Source: Felis catus (Eukaryota). Taken from it: a stretch of 64,000 bases of DNA. The position numbers were made by a program, and so were the translations under genes. Under the pieces are notes generated by a model. The model saw only the letters and a program-made list of their open reading frames with translations, had not been told where the DNA came from and searched no databases. Location: NCBI RefSeq assembly GCF_018350175.1, contig NC_058368.1:75518001-75582000 (forward strand), read 5' to 3'. Numbering within the stretch: the first letter of the stretch is position 1; every line of letters begins with the position of its first letter. Positions 52,431-64,000 of the stretch are shown piece after piece.

Positions 52431-53186
52431 CTTCATAAAAAATATATTTACATGAATATCTTGACAGATGCATGATATGATTGAGAATTCCCTATTGATA
52501 GAAGTGGAGAATGGTCAGCTGCAGGGAGAACTGGATGAAGATTCCAAACTACATTGTTCATTGTAAACGTTCTTCCCATATTGAAACATCCAAGATTGTG
52601 CCTCCTGATGACCTTATGAAATAAATCACTGGAAAATAATGCATATGATTTAAAGAAACACTTTCAAGATCTACGAAATAACACATGGATAAAACCAAAA
52701 TTAAAATGCCAAAATACAAATCCTAGCAGGAAAAAAAAAACAGGAGAAAAAAATAAGCCAAAATGAAGAAAATCAATCCTTAAAAAGAAGAGAAAACATA
52801 ACCCAAGGCAGACAAATGAAAACATAATTCCCCAGAGCATGAAGCCTGGGACAAGGTCACCAAAGGTAAAGACTGAAGGTCAAGGGAAAGTGCTAGCTGG
52901 TAGCCTCTTACACTTCAACCCACATCTGGCAATCCGCCACTCTGGCCCCCAGCTGTCCTTTCCAGGTTCACCTGTAAACACAGCTGCAGTAATCTATTGG
53001 ACAGATTTAGTACCATTTTTCACGGAGTGAGTTCTTAGTGAATATTGATTCATTGAACAAATTGAAGCTTGAATCTGTACTTGGACCAAATTACTCCAAT
53101 AACTCATATTTGTAGACAATTCTAACCTCCAGTCATTGACCGAAAAACAAAGGGGAATACGAATGTCTTGCTTTATCTCTCTCTTT

Positions 53187-53240
53187 GGATAGATAGATAG
53201 ATAGATAGATATAGATAGATAAATAGATAGATGATAGATA
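53187..53240. repeat. (GATA)n microsatellite
   Basis: Direct reading. Confidence 0.95.
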
Positions 53241-53449
53241 TAAAGAGAGAAACAGTGAAAGAGGTAGACGTAGGAAGAACGAGAGATAGATTACCACCAG
53301 GAAACATACTGACAAACAAAATAGTTGAAATACAGAAAATAACATCAGTAGTTCACATGTCTTCAATATCAATTTTCTCAGGAAATATACCTGGAAAACA
53401 AAGAGAGAGGAGTGAGGAAAAGTACTCTCAATCTCTACAAGCAAAATAT

Positions 53450-54540
53450 TACTTCATGCATTCATTCATTCATTCATTCATCCAAAAATATTTCTACTCT
53501 CTACCCTGTAAGTATGTGGCAAACACTGAAAATATATGAGAAAGAGATTATTAAAATTCTTTACTTTCTCGGGGCCCGTATTTTCTCACAAAGACTTACC
53601 TGAATCAGTATTTGACAAGCAAGATAACTCTACTTATCAGAGAAGTGCATAATGCCATAATGCAGATTCAAAGTGATTTAAGAATCTATTTGGCCTCACT
53701 GAGAAGCTGATTTCATCTTAAACCTGAAGCAGGGGACATTTTGTCCAGCCAGGGTTAGGAGGGACACTTGGAGTGTCTCAAACAGAAGAAATACCTATGA
53801 GAGTGGTTCTAGAACTTTAACTAGGGTTAGAAACACCTGGTGGGCTTGTGAAAACACAGATTGCTGAGCCCATCCCCAGAATTTCTGATTCAGTAGGTCT
53901 GGGATAGAACTCCAAAATTTGCATCTCTAACTCTCTAACAAGTTCCTAGGTGATGCTCTCTCTGCTGGCCCAGGGATCTACTTGGAAACTATTTCCTTAT
54001 TGCACTGTTTTCAAATGGCAGAACATTTATCAAATAATGGAAAGCAATCCCACATTCTTAAAAGGTGAAAGAGAATAAGAGACCAGCTCAAAATGTAGTT
54101 GAGAGGGAAGACTGAGACCACACCATGGAGTATCTCTTAAGTTATTGTTGAACAGCTGGTTTAGAGGCAATGGAAAACCATCAGAGATCTGACCGGTGGG
54201 GAGGGGGGGCAATTTAAGTTTGTTTTATTTCAATAATTCTAGCTGCATTTTGAGAGTGGTCTGTGGAAGAGAGTGAATGTAGGTAAGGAAACTGGCGAAG
54301 AAGGGAAAAAAGTGTCCCCGGCAGGTGCCATGGAAGGAAAAGCATACAGAGAACTGTGAATACCAGCAAGAGAATTTTGATGTCATCGTTCATGGTGCTT
54401 AAGTGAGTTAAAAAGACACCAAAAAACCAGAAAGGGCCTGATAGATTGCTTGAAGTTGAAAACAAACCAGCATCTAAAAAGCTAAGCAGATTGGAGGTTT
54501 TGATGAGACCAAATCTAACTTAATTGGGTTAAATAGAAGT
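53450..54540 (-). mobile_element. L2 fragment interrupted by MER5A
   Basis: (cattcatt)n ccaaaaatattt L2 tail at 53455-53495. Confidence 0.7.
53801..53997. mobile_element. MER5A DNA transposon
   Basis: cttgtgaaaacacagattgctgagccccatccccagaatttctgattcagtaggtctggg. Confidence 0.9.
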
Positions 54541-55616
54541 AGTTGATTCATAATTTCATGGATCTTTTTGGTAGGGAAAAACAGAAGACAGGGAGACTTC
54601 TGATTCCAACAAAATAAAGAACTAGGATCGCAGGAAAATCTTTCTACAAATTACTTAAGACTCTGGATTAAAGATAGCTTTTAAAATATTACGAGGTAGC
54701 TCCAAAATCGTCAGCAATAGCCACAAGGGCTCTAAGGTAGGAGGAAGCAGGCGACCAGGAAACAGGATGTGTTACCCTGGGTCATCTGGACCCTAAAATG
54801 GCAAGGAAAGCCTTGAGAAAGATGGGTCTCTCTGCCCCATATATTGGAAGGGACTGAAACTCAGGAAGCAAAGCCTTGATTTTTGCAGTGTAATAATCTC
54901 AGTGAGAAGCTGAGAAGATGCCCAAAAGCTGACATGGGGAGATGATATGGCTGGAAGACTATTTCTATCTTGATTTGGGGGTTGAGCATAAGTGTGTTTT
55001 CCTAAAGAAACTCAAACCTCATGCTTGTGCCTTGCATGATATTTATTTGATTTTTCATTACAGGCCAGCTGAGTAAACGCCCAAGCCAAACTTTGAACGT
55101 AAAAATCGGTCCTCAGACAGTGACGTCCTAGCACGAGCAGTGGGGACGCACTCAAGACCAACTTGGAGAGATACCTCAGACACCTAGTTTCTCATAGTAG
55201 AAATAAGTCAATAAGTGAGGGAAGGAAGAAATCATAACTAACAGGAAGAAATTGCCCACCAGGTGGAAAAGAGCAGCTACAAAAGCGTGGAGGATTATCA
55301 CACAAAACTTGAGGTAACGGAAAAAAAACAAAAGAGTAACAAAATCAGTACGCTCAAAAAGGTGTGAGACGAAAAGAAAGTCTTAAAAGATGCGAAAAGG
55401 AGAGACAGTAGAGCGTACTTGGAAAAGGATCGAGTTTAGGTTTTGGAAACAATATATGATTATTCGAATTAAATTTTAATGCATGGCTGAAACAGTAGAT
55501 TAGATATGTTAACGAGAAAATTAGCAAATTAAATGATATACTTGATATCACGCCGTACGCTAAAAACCAGTAAAGAGGGAGACAATTGGAAATTCTATTT
55601 AAGAGACGGATATAGT

Positions 55617-55881
55617 ATTTTTTAAATTTTTTTTAACGTTTATTTATTTATTTATTTTTCTTTTAATTTTTTTTTTAACGTTTTTATTTATTTTTGGGAC
55701 AGAGAGAGACAGAGCATGAACAGGGGAGGGGCAGAGAGAGAGGGAGACACAGAATCCGAAACAGGCTCCAGGCTCTGAGCTGTCAGCACAGAGCCCCACG
55801 CGGGACTTGAACTCACAGATTGCGAGATCATGACCTGAGCAGAAGTCGGCGGCTTAACCGACTGAGCCACCCAGGCGCCCC
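55617..55881 (-). mobile_element. CanSINE with duplicated tail
   Basis: TSD aagagacggatatagtattt. Confidence 0.97.
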
Positions 55882-56064
55882 AAGAGACGGATATAGTATT
55901 TAATGAGACTGTGACATATATGAAAACTTTAAATTCCAAGAGGATAGAACAAAATCAATGGGGAAAGTCAATATCAAAAGAATGAAAGAACTGACGAAAA
56001 GACAGAAATCTTGATATTGGAAAAATGCAATCAATTTCAACCAGAAATAAAATAAAATATGCCT

Positions 56065-56290
56065 GGGGCACCTGGGAGGCCCAGTCAGTTAAGCGTCTGA
56101 CTTCGGCTCAGGTCATGATCTCACAGTTTGTGAGTTCGAGCCCCGCATCGGGTTCTGTGCTGACAGCCCAGAGCCTGGAGCCTGCTTTGGATTCTGTGTC
56201 TCCTTCTCTCTCTGTCCCTCCCCAACTTGTGCTCCGTCTCTCTATGTCTCTCAAAAAATAAATAAACGTAAAAATTTTTTTTTAAAATAA
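56065..56290 (+). mobile_element. CanSINE
   Basis: TSD aaaataaaatatgc. Confidence 0.96.
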
Positions 56291-57110
56291 AATATGCTTA
56301 AGTACATCATGAAAGCATTGGGCACTAAAGACGAAAGAAATTCTTGGAGGGCATTGGAGTGTCCTTGCTTTTAACCATTGGGCTATAGGCCACATGACTG
56401 TCGAATTCTCACATTAAATTCAAAAATATATTTAATTATGTATGAGTTACAGAAAATAGGTGAAACATGCTGGTGTAGATAGAGAGTAAATTATAGAAAA
56501 ACTCAAATAAAAATGAAAGAAAACTCAAATAAAAATGAAAGAAAGCTGGAATAACAATATTAATTGCCTACAAAGTAGACTTTAATAAACATAATTAGGG
56601 ACAAAACACATTATTGCAGAATGATAAAAAGAATATGAATAACCAATAAACCTGATATTTAATATCCTACACCTATGCGAATGTAAAAAGAAAACAATAT
56701 ATAATATAAATTTGATAAAATTACTAAAAAATCAACCAATGTACAAAATAATTAGAAATTTTAGCATCCCTTATTTATAACAATTCTTTCTCAAGAAATC
56801 ATGACATAAGTGATAGATCTGAAAAGAAATAGAGTAAAATCGCAAATAACAAGATAGATGCAAGAGGTAGAGACAGAGAGGGAGAAGCATCTCAAATTAG
56901 ACAATAGCTATGATTTTGAAATATCTGTAATTTTGAAGTGTACAAAGAATATTTCCAATTACCAACATAGGACAGAGAAAAAGTCTCAACAAATACAAAG
57001 ATAGCTATACCACGTACATATGTTAAATTGGGGATTCATATTTTAAAACATCCCCAAATCTTCATACTTTGGAAAATAAAATACACATGCATTTAAATAA
57101 TTCCTGGGTT

Positions 57111-57326
57111 AGGAGCACCTGGGTGGCTCAGTCAGTTAAGCAACTGACTTCAGCTCAGATTATGATCTCATGACTTGTGAATTTGAGCTGCAGCAGGCCC
57201 CCTACTGACAGCTCAGAGCCTGGAGCCTGCTTTGGATTCTGTGTCTCCCTCTCTCTCTGAACCCCCTCTTCTGTTCGCGATCTGTCTCTTTCTCTCTCTC
57301 AAAAATAAATACACACTAAAAAAAAA
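57111..57326 (+). mobile_element. CanSINE (diverged)
   Basis: SINE structure. Confidence 0.93.
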
Positions 57327-57550
57327 CATAGAAGGCTGAGAATTCCATGATGAATATTTAATTCAAAGAGTTAGAAAAAGAATAAAAGAGTGAGCTCAAG
57401 AAATATTGAAGTAAGTGGCTCATTAATACAATGTCTAGCAATTAATGAAATAGAAAAGAGAATCCACAGAAAATGTCTCTTTATATCTGAGTTTTTAGAA
57501 AGACAAATCCCATGGCTGAAACTCTGGTATGATGAACCCAGAAGATATAA

Positions 57551-57554
<4 letters not shown>

Positions 57555-57594
<40 letters not shown>
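57555..57594. repeat. (CA)n microsatellite
   Basis: Direct reading. Confidence 0.95.
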
Positions 57595-57596
<2 letters not shown>

Positions 57597-59024
57597 TCAG
57601 GAATCAAAGTAATGTGGAATAATGGATTCGATTGTTTAAGAAACAAAATGGTTATATAGATAACTTTCCAACACACATAAAATAGACATTTTCAAAAAGG
57701 AAATATTATTAAAACTCACTCAAAATGAAATATAAGACTTAACGAGCCATTTGTGAAATTAAAGCTATAAAGGCCGTAGATTAACATTTACCCTCCTCCC
57801 CACCCACCTCCCACGTGCAAAATAACACCAGGCCCAGACGGTTTTATAACCAAGATCTATAAAACCTTAAAAGAACATGTAATCCCTGAGTTATACAAAC
57901 TGTTCCAGAGGACTGAAAAATGAGAGTTTCCAAATGCAACTGATGAAGCTACTATGGCTTTGATAGCAAAACCAGGCAAGGCTAGATTGAGAAAGGCACA
58001 TTATAGGCAAATCACAATTAAGAAAATCCATAAAAAATGTTAAATATCAGCATCCCAGCACTCTTACCAAAATTGTGAAAGTGAATGATGTGTCATCAAT
58101 GAGCCAGACTCACCTAAGAATAGCCAAAATGGTATCACTCACATCAGATAGAACATACATGAAATTCTTCATATCATATTAACAGATAAGAGGGGAAAGG
58201 TAATGTGATCATTTCTATAGATGCTAATGTGATTAAATCAGCTGCCAGTAAATGAAACTACAACAACGGACCTGGAAAATAAGGATAGAAGATAGCTTCC
58301 TTTATTTGTTAAAAGGGAACTATAAAAAATCTATCCAAAATAATATCTAATGGTGAAATTTAAGAAACAGTTCTGGCAATCATGGAACAGAGAAAGATCA
58401 ACACTATTACTACTCATGCACGACACTACATTTGAAAGAGAGTGGAACAAAATATAAGTCAGTAAATGAACAAATATATGCAAAGAAAAAAATAAACTGT
58501 TACAAAACCACTATCCAAATGAGAATATGAGATTCAACAAACAACAGTGTTCCTAAAACTAAGAAACATACAAATATACAACTCAAATGAGAATACCATC
58601 AAACTCTGTTCCACTTCTGAGGGGGGAAATTCTTAAAATATATGTTGGTTTTCAATAGGTACACTTACAAGAATTTGTCAGAGGACTTACATGTTAGACA
58701 TAGTTCTTGGGGATAGAAATATATTATTCAAACATTTCTCTTCTCAAAGCAGGCTAATTATTCCATGACATTTTAAGGACGACTTCAAGTCCCTGTCTGG
58801 TAAGCCTGAGAAAATGGATCTTATCTTGTTATGGAGGAAAAAAGTCCAAGGATGGCCAAAACAGATTTGAAGAACAATAAATGCTGTTGGATGTAATGTT
58901 TATCCATATTAAAAAAAAATACATCCAACTGAATAGTCTAAACAAAATGTCATCTACTAGTTTTAAAGATAGAAATGCAAAAGTTAAAAAAGTAGAATTC
59001 TAGAAAGAATTTTTATTTATGTTT

Positions 59025-59400
59025 CTTTTTTATTTAAATTTTAGTTAACCTACAGTGCAATATTGGTTTCAGGAGCAGAATTCAGCGATTCATCACTACA
59101 TACAACACCCGGAGCTCATCACAAGTGCCCTCCTTAGTACCCATCACCCATCTAGCCCATCTCCCACCCACCTCCTTCCATCAACCCTCAGTTGATGCTG
59201 TATCCTTAAGAGTGTCTTGTGCTCTATTTCTCTCTCTCCTCTTCCCCCCACACTTCCCATATGTTCATCTGTTTTGTTTCTTAAATTCCACATGAGTGAA
59301 ATCATATGGTATTTGTCTTTCTCTGATTGACTTATTTTGTTTAGCATAGAACATTCTAGCTCCATCCATGTCATTACAAATAGCAAGATTTAACTCTTTT
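59025..59400 (-). mobile_element. Carnivore L1 3' fragment
   Basis: Peptide TWMELECSMLNKISQSEKDKYHMISL plus carnivore 3'UTR. Confidence 0.93.
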
Positions 59401-60119
59401 TGAGACTTTAAAAAATATTTTAGATGGGATCGCCAATGAGGTTGGGGGAAATAAAGAAAATGCTAGATAATTTTCTGCATGAAAATAAACAAGTGCACTA
59501 AATTAAAAGATCATCCACAAATGTGAGATGATATTCTCAAGACATTTAACTGAAAAGGATTAGTACCCTGAATATATAAACAGTTAACCACTGTGCAGAA
59601 GTAAAAGAAATTCATAAAAATGGTCAAAAGATATGAACAAGAAATTCTTAGATTTAAAAGCTTAATAAGAAAAGGATATGCAAGTTTATTATTTACACAA
59701 GTAAACAGAGGAAATGTGTGCTAAAATATCTCATAACTATCAGGTTGATCAAATCTGCACAAGTCTGATAACTCAGAGTATTGGCAACACTTAGGAACTC
59801 TTACCCCCTGACACCCCCCATGTGCACAAGGGCGTTTTCCCTACCATGCTTGTTGTATCATTGTTTGCAGTAGGAATATAGCAACAACTTCTCTAATATT
59901 ATGGGAATAATTAATTGTGTTTGAACAGTGGAATGATAATCGGTTGTATAAAAACATTGCCTAACTATACGTTTCAAAGTCTTTCACATGAGCAAGATAA
60001 AAAAAAAATCCATATAATCATGATTTGTGTAAATTTTTTAAAAAGTAGAAAGAATGCTATCTATTATTTCTCTATTTCTCCGTCACCCTATCTCTTATCC
60101 ATAGAAAGATCTATATTGA

Positions 60120-60172
60120 GATCTATCTATCTATCTATCTATATACACATATATACATATATATACATATAG

Positions 60173-60239
<67 letters not shown>

Positions 60240-60250
60240 TACATATAGAT
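60120..60250. repeat. Compound (ATCT)n(TA)n(GA)n microsatellite
   Basis: Direct reading. Confidence 0.95.
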
Positions 60251-60334
60251 ATCTCAAAAAATATAAAATAATCCAGGAGTGTGATAGAAAAGAAGAGCTA
60301 TCTCACTGAGCCAAGAGAGAAGAAGAACGGTCTT

Positions 60335-60525
60335 GTTTTCTTTGTGTGTTTGCTTTTGTTTTTAGAGAAAGAGAGAGAGGACGAGTGGGAGAGAGGGGCA
60401 GAGGAGCACAGAGAGACCATCTCAATCAGGCTCCATGCCCAGTGCAGATCATCAGATCCTGGGATCGCGACTTGAGCCAAAATCAAGATTTGGATCCTCA
60501 ACGGACTGAGCCACCCAGACACCCC
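60335..60525 (-). mobile_element. CanSINE (diverged)
   Basis: TSD agaacggtcttgtttt / agaagggtcttgtttt. Confidence 0.9.
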
Positions 60526-62299
60526 AGAAGGGTCTTGTTTTAATGAATATTAACAGCTGCATTCAAAGGAAAGAGGGAGACCGAAAGTAACAATGACAAA
60601 ATATTAATTAACATGGGCTTGCCACTAAGGTCTCTGCTTTTCAATACGTTTGAAATATTTTATAGCTTAAAAAATTAATCCAAAGGTAAAAAGGCAAGAA
60701 GAATGCATGTTTTGTAAGCGTACAAAATTACGGAGACCTTCTTACACTTGTGTGTACACAGTATGCTATGTAATTCCTTACCAAAAATAGATGTTTAATA
60801 AAAGTTAGCTGCCCTCAAGACACCATGCAACAGAAAAGAGAGTATTCGCAGCTTCTGGAAACAAACTGGATATATTACTGCCGCAATTCCTTAGCCACAT
60901 GACTATGATAGGATTGATACCACAACTGCAAAGCATCTTGTATTTCTTGAATGCCTGTGGTTAGCTAAAAATGTGCAGCCAGTGTCAAAACCAATTCTCT
61001 ACTTAGAAATTAATTTCTGAAAATGTGCCCAATAAGTAAGGATACGTAAAGCACCCGGTGCCTCTGAGAGCACCATCAAGTCGTTCCAGGAGTCTAGACC
61101 CTTGCTCGATCAGCGTGGTCCCTAGACAGAGAGCGTCAGCATCACCTTGGAGCTGGTTAGAAAGGAAGAATCACAGGCACCTTGCCAGATAAACAAAGTC
61201 AGAGAATGCGTGTCAACAAGATTTCCAAGTGGTTTATAAATGCATTCATATTGAAAAGGCACTACTATAAAAATATATTGATCGGGATAAATCCAGTTGC
61301 TTCTCTGAAGAAGCATGTAATGAGCATCTACTCATTAAAGCGTATCACTTGTTTTGTCCCTTTTCTAAGAAAACAAGTATAAAGAAGAGCAACACACCTT
61401 TAATAAAAACCACTTTCATGAAGGTCACTTGTGTCTGAACACAGAAAATTCAAATGAGCTTGAATCTTTCAACCTTCTTATTTTATACCCAATTTAAATC
61501 AGAAGGTGTCAAGTCAATCACCCAAGGCTATATATGCAGTTAGAGAACTTTTTTTTTTCTGTCAAACAAATCAAAGGGAGGTATCCAACTCTTTTAGAAA
61601 GACAAAGGACCCAAGCATTGGGCTCTGGGGAGAGATCTGGGTCCACATCCTGATTTGGCTCCTGGTTTGGACACAAAAATCTCTCTGGCCCAAGGAAAAC
61701 CTATCAAGGATCTGTAATCCTTAGCTCCTAACCTGGAAAAGGAAAACACTGCTCCAGTTTCTGGGGTCTGTGAGACAAATGAGGACACGGGAGAGAGGAA
61801 TTCTATTAATGTGAATTTCATTATTGTCTGTCTTCTTCCCGACACCATGGTTGAGGCAGGAATACTAGAGTGTTCTGTAGTTGGGTAATTCCCTTCCCAG
61901 ATAGGATAATCCCCTTCCATGGTGGTATTTTTCAAATCTCACCATCCTTTAATGGGTAAAATTTCCTGCCAAGGATAGTTGACTGTGACTATTTTCTCTT
62001 TACTTCAGCTTTGTACGAAAATGTAATACTAAAGATTATTTTACTCTTTACTTTTCAGTTTTCTATGAAGCTTCATTTCTACAGTATCTTTCCTCTGATC
62101 TCTGTCATGAAAATTTCATTACGAATGAAAGAACAGAAATTTGCCAAACATGCATCCTATTCAGAGCATAAAATGATTAGTCTTGAGTTTTGATGAAAAT
62201 TTTCAAGAACTGAAACATTTAATCCACATACCTGGAAATTACGGATTGTCAAATTCATGCACTACCCATTAAATTGAAATTCTGAAATGAAGGATGGTC

Positions 62300-64000
62300 A
62301 CCAGACAAATACAGGAATTATACCCCTGAGCAGCTCACCTGCACCAGAAGTCACTGAAGCCATAAATATCGAAGAATGTTTGCATGAAAACCTGGATGAA
62401 TTGCTGGAATTAGGGTATGGATTGGCATGAGAGTGAGAAAATTCTGAAGGTTGATGATTTAGAGAAGGGTCCACATTCTCCTGCGATTTATCTCCAGGAA
62501 TCTTATGTGTTTCTCATGGAGAAGAGCCCAGGGGAAAAGAAAAACAAACAAACAAACAAACAAAAATCTTAGTGTCCTATCCTGGGTTGTGGGTACGAGG
62601 AGAGAAAAAGGAGGAGAAGGTGAGGGACAGGAGATAATTTTGAAATAAGTCCAAGGGATTATCCTACCTGAGGTAGAGAACTACCCAACTACAGAACAAG
62701 CTAGTGTTCCTGCCTCAACCAAGGTGCAGGAAAAAGGTAACATGGTTCTGAAGTTCACAGACAAGGCTCACAGGAGCACTACAACAGTGACCTTTAATCA
62801 TAAGATGACAGAATATTTCTCTTACCTCCTACACCTTACCGTCTTCTCAACGGTAAACTGCATTATAACTAATGCAATGAGAGAAAAGAAAATAAATGTT
62901 TTTCAAATTGAAAATGAAGAAATTAAAATGTCTCATTCTGTACACGCCATGGTTTTCCATATAGAAAATACAAGGAAAAAAAGCAAATGAAAAGATCAGT
63001 ACATGATAACTGATGATAGTAAGGTCATCAGACGCAACATCAATACATAAAAGTCAATTGTTTTCCTATATATCAGCAATGAAAAAAAGTAATTTCAAGT
63101 TAAAAACACAATGTTCTTTACAATAGCACTGAAATATGAAATACCCAAGTGCAAATCTAATGAAATATTATGCTATATATTTAGAAACCCTGATGAAAGA
63201 AAACAAAGAAGATCTAAATATATGGAGAGATATTTCAAGTTTGGGGATGGAAAAGTCAATATTACAACATTAATTCTTCCCTGATTAATATATAGAGACA
63301 TTACCATTCCAAACAAAATCCTAGCAAACTACTTTGCAGATATCAACAAACTTATTCTTACATTTAAATGAGAAGGCAAGCAACCTAAAATAGCCAATAC
63401 AATATTGAACAAGATGAATTTGTAGGATGGGCACCACCCAACATCAAGACTTACTATAAAAGGACAGTAATCAAGACAAAATGGCATCAGAAAAGCACAT
63501 ACTAATATATCAATGGAACTCTGTAGAAGCCCTGTAATAGACTTCAAAAATATAATCAACAGATCTTTGACAAATGTGCAAAAGGAATGTACTAAAGGAA
63601 GGATAATCTGTTCATCAAAGGATACTGGAACCATTGGATGGCCATGTGTAAAAACCAAACCAAACCAAACCAAAACAAAACAAAACAAAACAAACTAGAC
63701 ACAGATCTTACAGCTACACAAAAATTAACTCAAAAGGGATCATAGATAGATAGATAGATGATAGATATTGACAGATAAATAGATACATGTATATAACAGA
63801 ACTGCAAAACTTCTAGACAAAAACATTGGAGAAAATCTGGATGACATTGGGTTTGGTGACAGGAGCATTTAGTTACAGCACCAAAAGCACCATCTAAGAA
63901 AAAAAAAAGTTGCACTTCATTATAATTACAAACATTTATTCGGCAAAAGATACTCTTAAAACAATGCAAAGTCAAGTCACAAGCTAGGGGACCATATTTT
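62300..64000 (+). mobile_element. Old L1 (L1MC/MD-like): 5' region joined to ORF2 3' half, continuing beyond the window
   Basis: 5'-like text ~62300-62860, then ORF2 remnants (QIENEEIKMS; ctaaaatagccaatacaatattg; caagacttactataaa). Confidence 0.85.

Larger units (their letters stand above)
54600..60670 (+). mobile_element. Long, very decayed ancient L1 (L1ME-like) with nested younger insertions
   Basis: EN remnant gaaagctggaataacaatatta..aaagtagacttt (~56540), PGPDGF (accaggcccagacggtttt ~57827), RT-region and 3' end remnants in order. Confidence 0.7.

Noticed and set aside
1..64000. CRISPR arrays, operons or other prokaryotic systems
   Set aside because: The sequence is mammalian; no regularly spaced direct repeats or gene-dense structure

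Overview
Mammalian, almost certainly felid (cat-like), genomic DNA: about 29 tRNA-derived carnivore SINEs, many with felid-type diagnostic bases. I recognise no intact protein-coding gene; nearly all supplied ORFs are SINE/L1/microsatellite read-throughs. Main elements: (1) a ~5 kb degraded class III (ERVL/HERV-S-like) provirus on the minus strand (~3600-8220) with one LTR, a tRNA-Ser primer-binding site and gag/PR/RT/RNaseH/IN remnants, but no visible 3' LTR or env; (2) an old processed UBA52 (ubiquitin-RPL40) pseudogene at ~33400-33917; (3) many L1, L2, MIR, solo-LTR and DNA-transposon fossils, including a palindromic MER53-like element. Repeat family names are from memory of consensus sequences, and boundaries of old repeats are approximate. 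I see no evidence of a new biological system; the findings concern paleovirology, repeat history and a few candidate regulatory or lncRNA signals.
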